From: Candidatus Portiera aleyrodidarum | Lineage (GTDB): Bacteria > Pseudomonadota > Gammaproteobacteria > Johnevansiales > Johnevansiaceae | DNA length: 32,000 nt | Direction of reading: 5' to 3' | Assembly (NCBI RefSeq): GCF_000953295.1 | Contig: NZ_LN649255.1 | Span: forward strand, 120,001 to 152,000 | Shown: positions 1 through 11,244 of the stretch, one piece after another | How positions within the stretch are numbered: the first letter of the stretch is position 1 | Layout of the letters: each line of letters opens with the position of its first letter | Made by a program: the position numbers and the translations under genes | The notes under the pieces: generated by a model | Seen by the model: only the letters and a program-made list of their open reading frames with translations | What the model was told of the DNA's origin: nothing | Databases searched by the model: none

Positions 1-114
1 ATGTTTTTTTAAATATAATCTTCCATATTTCCCACTTATTACTATAATTTCTTTATCCAAATTTATCTCAACTTTATCAGGTATTTTAATTGGACATTTT
101 GCTATTTTTGACAC
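1..114 (-). CDS. rplF: 50S ribosomal protein L6, first 38 codons (gene runs off the left window edge)
   Basis: Not in the ORF track because it is partial. Minus-strand reading from GTG (114-112) gives (M)SKIAKCPIKIPDKVEINLDKEIIVISGKYGRLYLKKH, an L6-type N-terminus. GGAG lies about 10 nt upstream. Follows rpsH as in the spc operon. Confidence 0.85.
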   Translation of the reverse strand, partial: MSKIAKCPIKIPDKVEINLDKEIIVISGKYGRLYLKKH

Positions 115-143
115 TTTTACTTTTCTCCTTTATACTGCCTTAA

Positions 144-527
144 CTAAATTACTGTACAAATCACCTCGCCACCTATCCCTTTTTTTCTTGCTTCATAAGA
201 TGTCATTACACCCCTTGACGTTGATATTATAGCGATACCCAACCCATTTTCGACTGTTATGAAGTTACCTTTTCCTTGATAAATACGTAAAGAAGGTTTA
301 GAAATACGTTTTATTTTCTCTATTACAGGTTTTCCTTTAAAATATTTTAATTTAATTTTTATATTTTTCTCATCATCTTCATAATCTATAATATAACCTT
401 CTTTTTTTAAAATTCTTGTTATCTCTAATTTTATTTTAGATTTTGGTATAAAAACTGTTTCCAGATAAGCTATTTGTGCATTCCGAATTCTTGTTAACAT
501 ATCTGCTATAGTATCTTGCATATTCAT
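144..527 (-). CDS. rpsH: 30S ribosomal protein S8
   Basis: 127-aa ORF MNMQDTIADMLTRIRNAQ...GGEVICTVI with S8-like termini. GGAG upstream. spc operon order. Confidence 0.97.
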   Translation of the reverse strand: MNMQDTIADMLTRIRNAQIAYLETVFIPKSKIKLEITRILKKEGYIIDYEDDEKNIKIKLKYFKGKPVIEKIKRISKPSLRIYQGKGNFITVENGLGIAIISTSRGVMTSYEARKKGIGGEVICTVI

Positions 528-548
528 TTTTTTATACTCCTATTTTTT

Positions 549-854
549 TTACCAACTTGCTTTAGTTAAACCAGGTATATAGCCCATCATTGCAACTTCG
601 CGTAGCTTGTTTCGGCACAAGCCAAATTTCTTATAATATCCTCTTGGTCTTCCTGTAATGCAACATCTATTTCTTTGTCTTATTGGATTTGAATCTTTTG
701 GTAATTTTTGCAATTTTAGTTGTGCTTTAAATTTTTCTTCATCTGATGTTTTTATACTACTAATTATTTTTTTTAATTTCTTTCTACGTACTGAATATTT
801 TTTTACTAGACGTCTTCTCTTAACTTCTCTTACTATAATACTCTTCTTTGCCAT
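549..854 (-). CDS. rpsN: 30S ribosomal protein S14 (long form)
   Basis: 101-aa ORF ending ...[41 protein letters not shown] upstream. Between rplE and rpsH. Confidence 0.97.
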   Translation of the reverse strand: MAKKSIIVREVKRRRLVKKYSVRRKKLKKIISSIKTSDEEKFKAQLKLQKLPKDSNPIRQRNRCCITGRPRGYYKKFGLCRNKLREVAMMGYIPGLTKASW

Positions 855-874
855 AACAATCCCTCTTTCTTTTA

Positions 875-1408
875 TTATTTTTTAAATTTAAATTTTAACG
901 CCCTAAGAAGCTCAAAACATTCTTTATCTCTTTTTGCTGTTGTTGTTATTGTAATATTCAAACCACGTATTCCACTTATTTTTTCATAATCAATTTCGGG
1001 AAATATTATTTGTTCCCGTAAACCTATTGTATAATTTCCTTTTCCATCAAAAGATTTTTTATTTAAACCACGGAAATCTCTTATTCTTGGAATAGCAATA
1101 TTCACTAATCTATCTAAAAATTCCCACATCCGTTTTCTTCTTAAAGTTACTTTAACTCCAATTGGAAGAGCCACACGTAGTTTAAAACTAGCGATAGATT
1201 TTCGTGCTTTTGTTCTTATTGGTTTCTGTCCTGTAATCAGTTTTAAATCATTTTCTGCATTTTCAATTATTTTTTTATCATTTACTGCTTTACCTAAACC
1301 CATATTTAAAGTAACTTTACTTATCTTTGGTATTTGCATTATATTCAAATAATTTAATTTTTTTTTTAATTTAATACTTATTATATTATATTTTTTTTTT
1401 AAATTCAT
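875..1408 (-). CDS. rplE: 50S ribosomal protein L5
   Basis: 177-aa ORF with [29 protein letters not shown] and [14 protein letters not shown] overlap with the rplX stop. Confidence 0.97.
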   Translation of the reverse strand: MNLKKKYNIISIKLKKKLNYLNIMQIPKISKVTLNMGLGKAVNDKKIIENAENDLKLITGQKPIRTKARKSIASFKLRVALPIGVKVTLRRKRMWEFLDRLVNIAIPRIRDFRGLNKKSFDGKGNYTIGLREQIIFPEIDYEKISGIRGLNITITTTAKRDKECFELLRALKFKFKK

Positions 1409-1707
1409 TTTATTGGCTTCTTATTTTTTTTATAACTTCGTATTTTAACACCATCTTTATTTTTTTTAATTATTTTATCAGCTTGCCCTGTTTCTACATT
1501 TAATATAGCTATATTTGAATAATTTATTGGTGCTTCTTTCTTTATTATACCTCCTAATTTTTTTCCTTTATTTTTTTTATGATACTTCCTTATATTTATC
1601 CCTCCAACCCAAACTTTATTATTTTTAATCCGTTCTACTTTTCCACATTTACCTTTTTCATTACCTGTTATTACTATTACTTCATCATTCCGTTTTATCT
1701 TATACAT
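1405..1707 (-). CDS. rplX: 50S ribosomal protein L24
   Basis: 100-aa ORF with a KOW-like N-terminus ([22 protein letters not shown]). spc operon position. Confidence 0.95.
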   Translation of the reverse strand: MYKIKRNDEVIVITGNEKGKCGKVERIKNNKVWVGGINIRKYHKKNKGKKLGGIIKKEAPINYSNIAILNVETGQADKIIKKNKDGVKIRSYKKNKKPIK

Positions 1708-1725
1708 ACATCTTACTCTTATTTA

Positions 1726-2097
1726 TTATAAGACTTCATTTGCTAATGAAACTATCTTCATAAATTTACCCGTCCGCAATTCTCGTGTAACTGGTCCAAA
1801 AATTCTAGTCCCAACTGGTTGTTCTGTAGTATCGTTTAATAATACTACTGCATTACTATCAAACCTAATTATTGACCCATCCATACGTCTAATCCCATTT
1901 TTTGTACGGACAACTACAGCTTTCATTACTTGCCCTTTCTTTACTTTTCCTTTAGGTATAGCTTCTTTTACAGTTATTTTTATCAAATCACCTATTTTAG
2001 CATATCTACGACGTGATCCTCCTAAAACTTTAATACATTGTACTTTTTTTGCTCCACTATTATCTGCTATTTCTAAAATAGTTTGTGTTTGTATCAT
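1726..2097 (-). CDS. rplN: 50S ribosomal protein L14
   Basis: 123-aa [31 protein letters not shown]..., strongly L14-like. Confidence 0.98.
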   Translation of the reverse strand: MIQTQTILEIADNSGAKKVQCIKVLGGSRRRYAKIGDLIKITVKEAIPKGKVKKGQVMKAVVVRTKNGIRRMDGSIIRFDSNAVVLLNDTTEQPVGTRIFGPVTRELRTGKFMKIVSLANEVL

Positions 2098-2112
2098 TAT
2101 TTTAAATCCAAT

Positions 2113-2370
2113 TTATTTAAATTTTTTCAAAATTTTATTTAAAATCCAAGATTTTTTTTTAGACACTTTTAAAGTTTCTATACATTCAACTAAATCACCT
2201 ATTTTAGCTTTATTTCTTGCGTCATGTACACTTATTTTATTTGATTTTTTTATATATTTTCCATATCGTTTGTGTTTTATAATCCTTTCAATTAAAACTA
2301 CAATTGTTTTATCCATTTTATCACTAACTACTTTCCCTTTTATTTTTTTTACCGGAATATTACTTTTCAT
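2113..2370 (-). CDS. rpsQ: 30S ribosomal protein S17
   Basis: 85-aa ORF with GKVVSDKMDKTIVVLIER..HKRYGKY. Last gene of S10 operon order. ATGA overlap with the rpmC stop. Confidence 0.95.
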   Translation of the reverse strand: MKSNIPVKKIKGKVVSDKMDKTIVVLIERIIKHKRYGKYIKKSNKISVHDARNKAKIGDLVECIETLKVSKKKSWILNKILKKFK

Positions 2371-2567
2371 ACTACTTTACCTAACTTTTCATTAATTCGA
2401 GTTTTAAATCTTGCAATTTTTCTGCGGATCTTTTTAAATAAATGAATTTTATTTAATTGTCCTATATTTTTTTGCATTCTTAACTTAAATTGTTCATTTA
2501 ATAATAAAATTACTTTTTTCTTTAATTCTTCAATATATTTTTTTTTACTATTTTCTTCATTTAACAT
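2367..2567 (-). CDS. rpmC: 50S ribosomal protein L29
   Basis: 66-aa basic ORF between rplP and rpsQ with an L29-like helical core (LLNEQFKLRMQ). Confidence 0.9.
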   Translation of the reverse strand: MLNEENSKKKYIEELKKKVILLLNEQFKLRMQKNIGQLNKIHLFKKIRRKIARFKTRINEKLGKVV

Positions 2568-2570
2568 AAC

Positions 2571-2984
2571 TTACATAATTACCTTTTTAACAAAATTAGT
2601 AATAAATGGCATTTTTTGAGATGCTAATTCTAAAGCTTCTTTTGCTAATTCTTCATTTACTCCTTCTATTTCATAAATTATTCTCCCTGGTTTTATTTGT
2701 GCTATCCACTCTTCTACTGACCCTTTCCCTTTTCCCATCCGTACTTCAAGTGGCTTCTTTGTTATTGGTTTATCTGGAAATACACGTATCCAAATTTTCC
2801 CTCCACGTTTTAAATGTCGAGTAATAGCTCTACGCCCTGCTTCTATTTGTCTTGATGTTATTCTACTATGAACTAATGCTTTTATTCCATATTCACCAAA
2901 TTTAACCTCATTTCCACGATTTGATAAACCTCTATTTCGTCCTTTCTGTTGTTTCCGATATTTAGTCTTTTTAGGTTGTAACAT
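2571..2984 (-). CDS. rplP: 50S ribosomal protein L16
   Basis: 137-aa [22 protein letters not shown]..., a typical L16 N-terminus. Confidence 0.98.
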   Translation of the reverse strand: MLQPKKTKYRKQQKGRNRGLSNRGNEVKFGEYGIKALVHSRITSRQIEAGRRAITRHLKRGGKIWIRVFPDKPITKKPLEVRMGKGKGSVEEWIAQIKPGRIIYEIEGVNEELAKEALELASQKMPFITNFVKKVIM

Positions 2985-2985
2985 T

Positions 2986-3657
2986 TTAATCCTTATTTTT
3001 TTTCTTATAATTATTTACTTCTTTCATCCCTCCTAATATTTCTCCTTTAAATACCCATACCTTTACACCTATTACACCATACTTAGTATATGAGACTTCA
3101 TTATAATAATCTATATTTGCACGTAAAGTATGTAAAGGTACTCTACCTTCTTTATACCATTCTTTTCTAGCTATTTCTGATCCACCTAATCTACCTGACA
3201 ATTTGATTTTCACACCTTGTGCCCCAATCCTCATCGCATTTTGTACTGCTCTTTTCATAGCACGGCGAAACATTACACGTTTTTCTAATTGTAATGCAAT
3301 ATTTTGAGATATTATTTTAGCTTCTAATTCTGGTTTTCTTATTTCTTCAATTTCAATATGTACTTTTACTCCCATAATTTTATTTAATTCATCTCTTAAT
3401 TTCTCTACATCTTCTCCTTTTTTTCCAATTACAAGACCTGGTCTAGCTGTATGAATAATAATACTTGCATTATTTGCACTACGTTCTATACATATTCTGC
3501 TAATATTAGCTTTTTTTAAACGGTTTTCTATAAATTTTCTAACTTTAATATCTTTTTTTAATTTTTTTACATAATATTTTTTTTCTGCATACCAAATTGA
3601 TAGGTGATTTTTTATAATCCCTAATCTCATGCCTATCGGATTTACTTTTTTTCCCAT
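2986..3657 (-). CDS. rpsC: 30S ribosomal protein S3
   Basis: 223-aa [17 protein letters not shown]... with a KH-domain [11 protein letters not shown]. Confidence 0.98.
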   Translation of the reverse strand: MGKKVNPIGMRLGIIKNHLSIWYAEKKYYVKKLKKDIKVRKFIENRLKKANISRICIERSANNASIIIHTARPGLVIGKKGEDVEKLRDELNKIMGVKVHIEIEEIRKPELEAKIISQNIALQLEKRVMFRRAMKRAVQNAMRIGAQGVKIKLSGRLGGSEIARKEWYKEGRVPLHTLRANIDYYNEVSYTKYGVIGVKVWVFKGEILGGMKEVNNYKKKNKD

Positions 3658-3673
3658 TTTTTATACCTATTTT

Positions 3674-3997
3674 TTATTTTCCTATTATATTTATATGACA
3701 AGTCCGCTTCAGAATCCTATCCATCCGACCTTTTGCTCTTGGTAAAATTCTTTTAAAACTTTTTCCTTCATTTACCCAAATCCTATATATTATTAATTTT
3801 TCAATTTTCATCCCTTTATTTTTTGCATTAGAAATTACTGATTTTAATGTTTTCTTTATTATATATGCTGCTTTTTTTGATGAAAACTTTAAAATTTCTA
3901 ATGCTTTATATACTGATTTTCCTCTAATTTGATTAGCTACTAATCTAGCTTTTTGGGCTGACAACCTCACTCCACATAACTTTGCAATTACTTCCAT
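3674..3997 (-). CDS. rplV: 50S ribosomal protein L22
   Basis: 107-aa ORF with [32 protein letters not shown]. Confidence 0.96.
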   Translation of the reverse strand: MEVIAKLCGVRLSAQKARLVANQIRGKSVYKALEILKFSSKKAAYIIKKTLKSVISNAKNKGMKIEKLIIYRIWVNEGKSFKRILPRAKGRMDRILKRTCHINIIGK

Positions 3998-4000
3998 TTT

Positions 4001-4276
4001 TTACCACTTAACTTTTTTATCAGCTGCATGACCTTTATAAGTTCGCGTGATAGCAAACTCCCCTAATTTTCTCCCTACCATTTCTTCTGTAATATAAACT
4101 GGTATATGTTTCCTGCCATTATGTATTGATATCGTTAATCCAACCATATTAGGCAAAATCATAGACCTTCGAGACCAAGTTTTTATAGGTTTTTTATCTT
4201 TTTTTTTTAAAGCTTTTTCTATTTTTTCTAAAAGATGTTTATCTATAAAAGGTCCTTTTTTTATAGACCTCGGCAT
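4001..4276 (-). CDS. rpsS: 30S ribosomal protein S19
   Basis: 91-aa [15 protein letters not shown]...[27 protein letters not shown]. Confidence 0.98.
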   Translation of the reverse strand: MPRSIKKGPFIDKHLLEKIEKALKKKDKKPIKTWSRRSMILPNMVGLTISIHNGRKHIPVYITEEMVGRKLGEFAITRTYKGHAADKKVKW

Positions 4277-4277
4277 A

Positions 4278-5099
4278 TTATCTTTTCCTTACAATAAATT
4301 TGTTCGTCATTTTATTTTTTCGAGTTTTATAACCTTTAGTTGGTTTACCCCAAGGGCTCACTGGATGTCTTCCACCACTTGTCCGGCCTTCACCGCCACC
4401 GTGTGGATGATCTACTGGATTCATTGCAACTCCTCTGACCGTAGGACGTATACCTTTCCATCTTTTAGCACCAGCTTTCCCTAATTTACAAAGATTATAT
4501 TTTGCATTATTTATTTCCCCAATTGTTCCTCGACAATTTGAATTTATTTTCCGAATTTCCCCAGACCTCAAACGTATAATTACATACCTTCCATCTCTAG
4601 AAATTATTTGTGCATAATTTCCTGCACTCCGAACTAATTTAGCTCCTTTTCCTGGTTTTAATTCTATACAATTAATTTTCGTTCCTAAATGTATATTTTT
4701 TAATGGTAAGCAATTCCCAATTTTTACAGCGACATTATTTCCTGATTCTATCTTACTACCTATTTTCATACCTTTATTTGAAATTATATAACTTCTTTCT
4801 CCATCTTTATATTTTATTAATGCTATCATTGCATTCCTATTAGGATCATATTCTATTCTTTCAACTCTTGCTGTAATATTATCTTTTTTTCTTTTAAAAT
4901 CTATTTTTCTATAATATTTTTTATGTCCACCTCCTACATGCCGCACAGTTATTCTACCTTTATTATTACGACCCCCATGTTTCTTTTTTATTTCTATCAA
5001 ATGCTTTATTGGCCTACCTTTATATATTTTTCTTTTTTTTAATTTTATAGCATGCCTAAGTCCAGCTGATGTAGGTTTTAATTTAACTAATACTGACAT
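4278..5099 (-). CDS. rplB: 50S ribosomal protein L2
   Basis: 273-aa ORF with [30 protein letters not shown]. Confidence 0.98.
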   Translation of the reverse strand: MSVLVKLKPTSAGLRHAIKLKKRKIYKGRPIKHLIEIKKKHGGRNNKGRITVRHVGGGHKKYYRKIDFKRKKDNITARVERIEYDPNRNAMIALIKYKDGERSYIISNKGMKIGSKIESGNNVAVKIGNCLPLKNIHLGTKINCIELKPGKGAKLVRSAGNYAQIISRDGRYVIIRLRSGEIRKINSNCRGTIGEINNAKYNLCKLGKAGAKRWKGIRPTVRGVAMNPVDHPHGGGEGRTSGGRHPVSPWGKPTKGYKTRKNKMTNKFIVRKR

Positions 5100-5108
5100 T
5101 TTATACTC

Positions 5109-5396
5109 CTAATTAACTCCCCCATTTAGATTAATCTCTTCTATACTTTCACCTTTTACTAATTTTACATATGCTTTTTTATACCTACCTTTTTTCTTTT
5201 TTTTTGGTATATTAACAATTCTAACTCTATCTACTTTTTTTTCAAATAATAAATTAACAGCTTTTTTTATTTCTTTTTTTATAGCTTTTTTAGATACTTT
5301 AAATACATATTGACCTTTAGATATGTTTAATAAAGCTTTTTCACTCATATACGGACCTAATAAAACTTTCAATATTTTTTCTTTATATTTCATCAT
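5109..5396 (-). CDS. rplW: 50S ribosomal protein L23
   Basis: 95-aa basic ORF between rplD and rplB. 1-nt overlap (TAATG) with the rplD stop. Called mostly on position plus weak L23-like sequence. Confidence 0.88.
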   Translation of the reverse strand: MMKYKEKILKVLLGPYMSEKALLNISKGQYVFKVSKKAIKKEIKKAVNLLFEKKVDRVRIVNIPKKKKKGRYKKAYVKLVKGESIEEINLNGGVN

Positions 5397-6010
5397 TATA
5401 TCTTTAATATTTGCTCTAATTTCCGTAAAGCTGATACTGTTATTAATACTTTATCTGTTTTTATAAGACTTAATGGGTTTATTAACCTTAAATTAATTGT
5501 ATTAATATTAGGTATATTACGTGAAGCTAATTCAATTTTTTTATCAAACTTTTCAGTTATTATGATAATTTTAAACTTCTTAATATTTAAATCTTTCATT
5601 TTCATAATTATTTGTTTTGTTTTTATAATCTTTACATCTATTTCTTTTATTGCTATTAAACTCTTCTGGCGTATTAACTCTGATATTATTGAACACATTG
5701 CTAATCTATACATTTTTCTATTTACTTTTTTATAATATTTCTTTTTTTTTGCTGCAAAAGTTTTACTACCACCTCTCCACAAAGGTGACCTTATACTCCC
5801 TGCCCGGGCCCTTCCTGTTCCTTTTTGTCTCCAAGGTTTTTTCCCCCCACCCCTTATATTAGTATATTTTTTTTGTGCTTTTGTTCCTTGTCTTGAATTT
5901 GTTATATATGATGTTACTACTTGATGAATTAATGATTTATTGAATTTTTTATAAAATACTTCTTTTGATAATTTTATTTTTTCACTTATATTTATAATTT
6001 TTAAATTCAT
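5396..6010 (-). CDS. rplD: 50S ribosomal protein L4
   Basis: 204-aa ORF with KPWRQKGTGRARAGSIRSPLWRGG. ATGA overlap with the rplC stop. Confidence 0.97.
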   Translation of the reverse strand: MNLKIINISEKIKLSKEVFYKKFNKSLIHQVVTSYITNSRQGTKAQKKYTNIRGGGKKPWRQKGTGRARAGSIRSPLWRGGSKTFAAKKKKYYKKVNRKMYRLAMCSIISELIRQKSLIAIKEIDVKIIKTKQIIMKMKDLNIKKFKIIIITEKFDKKIELASRNIPNINTINLRLINPLSLIKTDKVLITVSALRKLEQILKI

Positions 6011-6636
6011 TTTTTAATCTTTTTTATTTTTTTTATAATTACTTTATTTCCTGAATATCCTGGTATAGAACCTTTAATTATAATTAAATTCAACTCTATA
6101 TTTATTTTTACAATTTTTAAATTTTTTACTGTAATTTTCTCATTTCCCATTCTACCTGCCATCTTTTTCCCTTTAAATATTCTTCCTGGTGTTTGACATT
6201 GTCCTGTGGATCCAGCTTTACGATGAGATAGTGAATTTCCATGACTCTTATCTTGAGATTTGAAGTTCCACCTTTTTATAGTGCCTTGAAATCCCTTCCC
6301 TTTAGAAATTCCACTAACATTAACTTTTTCATCTATTTTAAACATAGATACTTTTAATTCACTACCTATTTTTTTTATATCTTCATTACTTATTTTAAAT
6401 TCTTTTAACTTTGATCCACATCCTATATTTTTTAATTGTCCTAATATTGATTTAGATCTCTTTTTCTTTTTTAATCCACCTTCTGTAATTTGTATTGCAT
6501 CATAACCATCTTTTTTTTTTGTCTTAATATTAACTATCCTGTTCGGCAATACTTCTATTATAGTAACAGGTATTGAAACCCCTTTATCTTTCAAAATTAT
6601 ACTCATTCCTATTTTTTTTCCTATTACTCCAATCAT
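6007..6636 (-). CDS. rplC: 50S ribosomal protein L3
   Basis: 209-aa ORF with FKGKKMAGRMGNEKITVKNLKIV. AGGAAA upstream, inside the rpsJ end. Confidence 0.97.
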   Translation of the reverse strand: MIGVIGKKIGMSIILKDKGVSIPVTIIEVLPNRIVNIKTKKKDGYDAIQITEGGLKKKKRSKSILGQLKNIGCGSKLKEFKISNEDIKKIGSELKVSMFKIDEKVNVSGISKGKGFQGTIKRWNFKSQDKSHGNSLSHRKAGSTGQCQTPGRIFKGKKMAGRMGNEKITVKNLKIVKINIELNLIIIKGSIPGYSGNKVIIKKIKKIKK

Positions 6637-6638
6637 AT

Positions 6639-6953
6639 TTAATTTCCTACCTTAATTTGTACTTCTACACCTGCTGATAATTCTAAATCCATCAACGCAT
6701 CAACCGTTTTCTCTGTTTGTTCTGTAATATCTAATAATCGTTTATGTGTACGAATTTCATATTGATCACGCGCATCTTTATCTGCATGTGGAGATATTAA
6801 AATTGTATACCTTTCTATATCTGTAGGTAAAGGAATAGGTCCTTTTACTTGTGCTCCAGTCCTTTTTGCTGTCTCTACTATTTCTTTAGATGATTTATCT
6901 ATTAATAACTTATCAAAAGATTTTAACCTTATACGAATTTTTTGATTTTTCAT
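6639..6953 (-). CDS. rpsJ: 30S ribosomal protein S10
   Basis: 104-aa [14 protein letters not shown]...[17 protein letters not shown]. First gene of S10 operon order. Confidence 0.98.
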   Translation of the reverse strand: MKNQKIRIRLKSFDKLLIDKSSKEIVETAKRTGAQVKGPIPLPTDIERYTILISPHADKDARDQYEIRTHKRLLDITEQTEKTVDALMDLELSAGVEVQIKVGN

Positions 6954-6962
6954 TTTTCTCTC

Positions 6963-8156
6963 TTATTCTAATATTTTAACTACTATCCCAGCTCCTACAG
7001 TCCTTCCTCCTTCTCTTATAGCAAATCTTAACCCTTCCTCCATTGCAATCGGTACTATTAATTTTATTATCATTTTTATCTTATCTCCTGGCATTACCAT
7101 CTCTACACCTTCTTTTAATTCACATGTTCCAGTAACATCTGTCGTTCTAAAATAAAATTGTGGTCTATATCCATCCAAAAATGGTGTATGTCTTCCACCT
7201 TCTTCTTTATTTAAAATATAAACTTCTGATTCAAATTTTGTATGTGGGGTTATTGAACCTGGTTTCGCTAAAATTTGACCCCTTTCAACATCTTCTCTTT
7301 TAATTCCACGCAGTAAGGCACCAATATTTTCTCCAGCACGCCCTTCATCAAGTATTTTTCTAAACATTTCTATTCCTGTTACAGTTGTTTTTATAGTATC
7401 CTTCAACCCTATTATTTCAACTTCTTCTCCTGTCTTTATTATTCCACGATCTACTCTACCTGTAACTACTGTCCCTCTTCCAGATATTGAAAATACATCT
7501 TCTATTGGCATCAAAAATTGTTTATTTATTGCTCTTTCAGGTAACGGTATATATTTATCTAATTCTTCTACTAATTTTAGTATTGCACTTTTTCCCATAC
7601 CTTTTTCATCTTTACCCTCTAAGGCCATTAAAGCCGAACCTTTTATTATTGGGGTTTTTTCTCCTGGAAACTCATATTCTGATAATAATTCTCTAATTTC
7701 TATTTCTACCAACTCAATCAATTCTTCATCATCTACTAAATCTGCTTTATTTAAAAAAACTACAATATACGGAACTCCTACTTGACGTGCTAATAAAATA
7801 TGTTCACGAGTTTGCGGCATTGGACCATCAGCTGCAGAACATACTAATATAGCTCCATCCATTTGAGCTGCACCTGTTATCATATTTTTTATATAATCTG
7901 CATGTCCTGGACAATCTACATGGGCATAATGTCTTTTTTTTGATTCGTATTCTACATGTGCTGTAGCTATTGTTATTCCTCTTTCTTTTTCTTCTGGAGC
8001 ATTATCTATTGTATCAAATTTTCTCCATTCCCCACCATAAATTTCTGAAGATACCCTAGTTAATGCCGCTGTTAAAGTGGTTTTTCCATGATCTACATGT
8101 CCGATTGTCCCAACATTAACATGCTCTTTATCCCTATTAAATTTTTCTTTAGCCAC
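6963..8156 (-). CDS. tuf: Elongation factor Tu
   Basis: 397 codons. [14 protein letters not shown] and NKAD GTPase motifs. The start codon is GTG (plus-strand cac at 8154-8156) with GAGGG upstream. Confidence 0.99.
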   Translation of the reverse strand: MAKEKFNRDKEHVNVGTIGHVDHGKTTLTAALTRVSSEIYGGEWRKFDTIDNAPEEKERGITIATAHVEYESKKRHYAHVDCPGHADYIKNMITGAAQMDGAILVCSAADGPMPQTREHILLARQVGVPYIVVFLNKADLVDDEELIELVEIEIRELLSEYEFPGEKTPIIKGSALMALEGKDEKGMGKSAILKLVEELDKYIPLPERAINKQFLMPIEDVFSISGRGTVVTGRVDRGIIKTGEEVEIIGLKDTIKTTVTGIEMFRKILDEGRAGENIGALLRGIKREDVERGQILAKPGSITPHTKFESEVYILNKEEGGRHTPFLDGYRPQFYFRTTDVTGTCELKEGVEMVMPGDKIKMIIKLIVPIAMEEGLRFAIREGGRTVGAGIVVKILE

Positions 8157-8171
8157 TAATCTTACCCTCTT

Positions 8172-10307
8172 TTAATAATATTTATTCTTTTTTATAACTT
8201 CTTTAACCACTCTATCTGGTGCTTCATCATATCTTTCAAATTCCATTGTATAACTTGCTCTGCCTTTAGTATTAGATCTTAGATCTGTTGCATATCCAAA
8301 CATTTCATTCAATGGGACCATTGCCGTTATAATTTTTCCATAATAAGTATCTTCCATACCTTGGATAATCCCCCTGCGTCGATTTAGATCCCCTACTACT
8401 TCTCCCATAAATTTTTCTGGGCTTATAATTTCTACTCTCATAATTGGTTCTAATAAAACTGCTTCAGCTTTCTTTGCTCCTTCTTTAACTGCTATTGACG
8501 ATGCAATTTTGAAAGCATTTTCATTAGAATCTACTTCATGATATGATCCATCAAATACAGTTACTTTTACATCTATCATTGGGTACCCAGCTAAAACCCC
8601 ATTTTTTAATTGATCAAATGCACCTTTTTCTATAGCTGATATATATTCTTTTGGGATTGCTCCACCTACTATTTCTGAATTAAATTTTAAATTAATTTCT
8701 TTATTTTTTCTTTTTTCTAATTTATTTAATGGTTCAATTCGTAACCAAACATGCCCATATTGTCCTCTACCTCCTGATTGTCTAATAAATTTTCCTTCTT
8801 GCTTAACTACTTTTTTAATTGTTTCACGATATGCTACTTGTGGTTTGCCTATATTTGCTTCTACTTTAAATTCTCTACGCATCCTCTCTACTAGAATCTC
8901 AATATGCAATTCACCCATTCCAGATATTATTGTTTGTCCACTTTCCTTATCATAACTTACTTTAAATGAAGGATCTTCTTTTTCTAATTTATTAAGGGCA
9001 ATTATCATTTTTTCTTGATCATCTTTATATTTAGGTTCTATTGCAACTGAAATTACTGGTTCTGGAAAATCTATTCTTTCTAAAATTATATTTCTTTTTG
9101 AACTTGAACAAAGTGTATCACCTGTTGCCGTTTCTTTCAAACCTACACAAGCTCCTATATCACCTGCTAAAATTTCTTTAATTTCTTCTCTTGAATTTGC
9201 ATGCATTTGAACTATTCTTCCAATTCTCTCTTTTTTTTCTTTTACTGAATTATATACTTTATCTCCAGATCTAATTTTTCCTGAATAGACTCTGATAAAT
9301 GTTAAATTTCCTACATATGAATCTGTTGCTATTTTAAATGCCAAAGCTGCAAATTCTGCACTTTCATCAGCTATATAATTTTTTATCTCTGATTTTTTTA
9401 TTAATAATTTTTCTTTTCCTTTAAAAATCTCAATATCTAAAGGTGACGGTAAATATTCTATTACCGCATCTAATAAAGCTTGAACACCTTTATTTTTAAA
9501 AGCAGAACCACAAGTTACTAAAACAATTTCATTTTTTAAAGTACTAATTCGTAAACCTTTTTTTATTAATTTTTTAGATAATTTACCTTCTTCTAAATAT
9601 TTTTCTAATATCTTTTCATCTGATTCTGCTGCTAGTTCTAATAAAATATTATTATATTTTTTTGATATTTTTTTTAGTTCTGAAGGTATTTCTACTCTTT
9701 CATATTCCATACCATTATTCTTTTCTAACCATGAAATAGCTTTCATTTCAATTAAATCTATTATACCTTTAAATTTTTCTTCACTTCCCCAATTTAGTTG
9801 TATTGGAACTGCTTTACAATTTAATCTTTCTTCAATTTGTTTTAAAACTTTTAAATAATTTGCTCCAGGTCTATCCATTTTATTTATAAATATTATCCGT
9901 GGTACTTTATATTTATTTGCTTGTCTCCACACTGTTTCTGTTTGTGATTGTACTCCTGATGAACCACATAATATTACTATTGCTCCATCTAAAACTCTTA
10001 ATGACCTTTCTACTTCTATAGTAAAATCAACATGTCCAGGTGTATCAATTATATTAATTCTATGGTTTTTATATTGTCCTTTCATTCCTTTCCAAAATGT
10101 TGTTACTGCTGCTGATGTTATTGTTATCCCTCTTTCTTGTTCTTGCTCCATCCAATCTGTTGCTGCTGTTCCTTCGTGCACTTCTCCTAATTTATGAGTA
10201 CTTCCTGTATAATATAATATTCTTTCTGTTGTTGTAGTTTTGCCTGCATCAACATGTGCAATTATTCCTATATTTCTATATCTTTTTATAGGTGTTTTTC
10301 TACTCAC
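8172..10307 (-). CDS. fusA: Elongation factor G
   Basis: The track ORF reaches 10361 but overlaps rpsG. The N-terminus aligns with EF-G from GTG at 10307 ((M)[24 protein letters not shown]). AGGA and GAGG lie upstream. 711 aa. Confidence 0.95.
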   Translation of the reverse strand: MSRKTPIKRYRNIGIIAHVDAGKTTTTERILYYTGSTHKLGEVHEGTAATDWMEQEQERGITITSAAVTTFWKGMKGQYKNHRINIIDTPGHVDFTIEVERSLRVLDGAIVILCGSSGVQSQTETVWRQANKYKVPRIIFINKMDRPGANYLKVLKQIEERLNCKAVPIQLNWGSEEKFKGIIDLIEMKAISWLEKNNGMEYERVEIPSELKKISKKYNNILLELAAESDEKILEKYLEEGKLSKKLIKKGLRISTLKNEIVLVTCGSAFKNKGVQALLDAVIEYLPSPLDIEIFKGKEKLLIKKSEIKNYIADESAEFAALAFKIATDSYVGNLTFIRVYSGKIRSGDKVYNSVKEKKERIGRIVQMHANSREEIKEILAGDIGACVGLKETATGDTLCSSSKRNIILERIDFPEPVISVAIEPKYKDDQEKMIIALNKLEKEDPSFKVSYDKESGQTIISGMGELHIEILVERMRREFKVEANIGKPQVAYRETIKKVVKQEGKFIRQSGGRGQYGHVWLRIEPLNKLEKRKNKEINLKFNSEIVGGAIPKEYISAIEKGAFDQLKNGVLAGYPMIDVKVTVFDGSYHEVDSNENAFKIASSIAVKEGAKKAEAVLLEPIMRVEIISPEKFMGEVVGDLNRRRGIIQGMEDTYYGKIITAMVPLNEMFGYATDLRSNTKGRASYTMEFERYDEAPDRVVKEVIKKNKYY

Positions 10308-10341
10308 TTCCTCTTTTCCTTTTTTTTTTAACCCTATAATT

Positions 10342-10815
10342 TTAAAACCTATAATGTGCAAAAGCTTTATTAGCTTCTGCCATTCTATGAACTTCTTCTC
10401 TTTTTTTTACTGCTATACCTTTTCCTTCTAGAGCATCTAATATTTCTCCATATAACCGTTTTTCCATTGTTTTTTCTTTTCTTTCTCGTGATGCTTTAAC
10501 TAACCATTTCATTGCTAATGAATCTCTTCTGGCAGATCTTATTTCTACAGGTATCTTATACTTTGCCCCACCAACACGTCTTGATTTTACTTCTACCATA
10601 GGTTTTATTATTTCTAACGCTTTTTCAAACATACTTAGTGCGACATTATTTTTAAATTTTTTATTTATTCTATTTAATGCACCATAAACTATGCCCTCCG
10701 CTCTTGCTTTTTTCCCATCAATCATTATATGATTTATAAATTTAGCTAATACAATACTTTTAAATTTCTTATCTGGTTTTATTTCTCTTTTGATCGATAT
10801 ATTCCGTCTAGACAT
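10342..10815 (-). CDS. rpsG: 30S ribosomal protein S7
   Basis: 157-aa ORF with [15 protein letters not shown] and C-terminal [15 protein letters not shown]. Confidence 0.98.
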   Translation of the reverse strand: MSRRNISIKREIKPDKKFKSIVLAKFINHIMIDGKKARAEGIVYGALNRINKKFKNNVALSMFEKALEIIKPMVEVKSRRVGGAKYKIPVEIRSARRDSLAMKWLVKASRERKEKTMEKRLYGEILDALEGKGIAVKKREEVHRMAEANKAFAHYRF

Positions 10816-10818
10816 TCT

Positions 10819-11190
10819 TTAACCTAGTTTTCTTTTAGTTCCATATTTTGATCGTGAACTTTTTCTCTTTTTTACACCAAATGTATCCAAAGCACCCCTT
10901 ACCGTATGATATCTTACCCCTGGTAAATCTTTTACTCTCCCGCCTCTAATTAAGACTACAGAATGTTCTTGAAGATTATGTCCTTCTCCACCTATATAAG
11001 AGGTTACTTCAACTCCATTAGTTAATCTAACTCTACATACTTTTCTTAAAGCTGAATTTGGTTTTTTGGGCGTTGTTGTATAAACCCTTGTACAAACTCC
11101 TCTTTTTTGTGGCCCAGATAATGCAGGAACACCACTTTTTTTTATTGGTTTTTTACGTTTTTTTCTAATTAATTGATTTATTGTTATCAT
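10819..11190 (-). CDS. rpsL: 30S ribosomal protein S12
   Basis: 123-aa ORF with [48 protein letters not shown]. No SD upstream. Confidence 0.99.
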   Translation of the reverse strand: MITINQLIRKKRKKPIKKSGVPALSGPQKRGVCTRVYTTTPKKPNSALRKVCRVRLTNGVEVTSYIGGEGHNLQEHSVVLIRGGRVKDLPGVRYHTVRGALDTFGVKKRKSSRSKYGTKRKLG

Positions 11191-11196
11191 TTTTTT

Positions 11197-11225
11197 ATTA
11201 TAAATTTCTTTTTTTTTTATGTCAA
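11197..11225 (-). promoter_or_regulatory. Putative sigma70 promoter of the str (rpsL) unit: TTGACA, 17-nt spacer, TATAAT
   Basis: Minus strand reads TTGACA (11225-11220), taaaaaaaaaagaaatt (17 nt), TATAAT (11202-11197), aaaaaa, then ATG (11190). Both hexamers match consensus perfectly. It lies in the 54-nt rpoC-rpsL gap, where a str-operon promoter is expected. Sequence-only prediction in an AT-rich context. Confidence 0.45.
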
Positions 11226-11244
11226 TTTATAGTAATCTCTTAAC

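Noticed and set aside
10308-10361. An 18-codon N-terminal extension of fusA ([18 protein letters not shown]) overlapping the rpsG 3' end.
   Set aside because: EF-G homology begins exactly at the GTG at 10307, where (M)[13 protein letters not shown] aligns with the E. coli N-terminus. The extension has no counterpart and overlaps rpsG by 20 nt.
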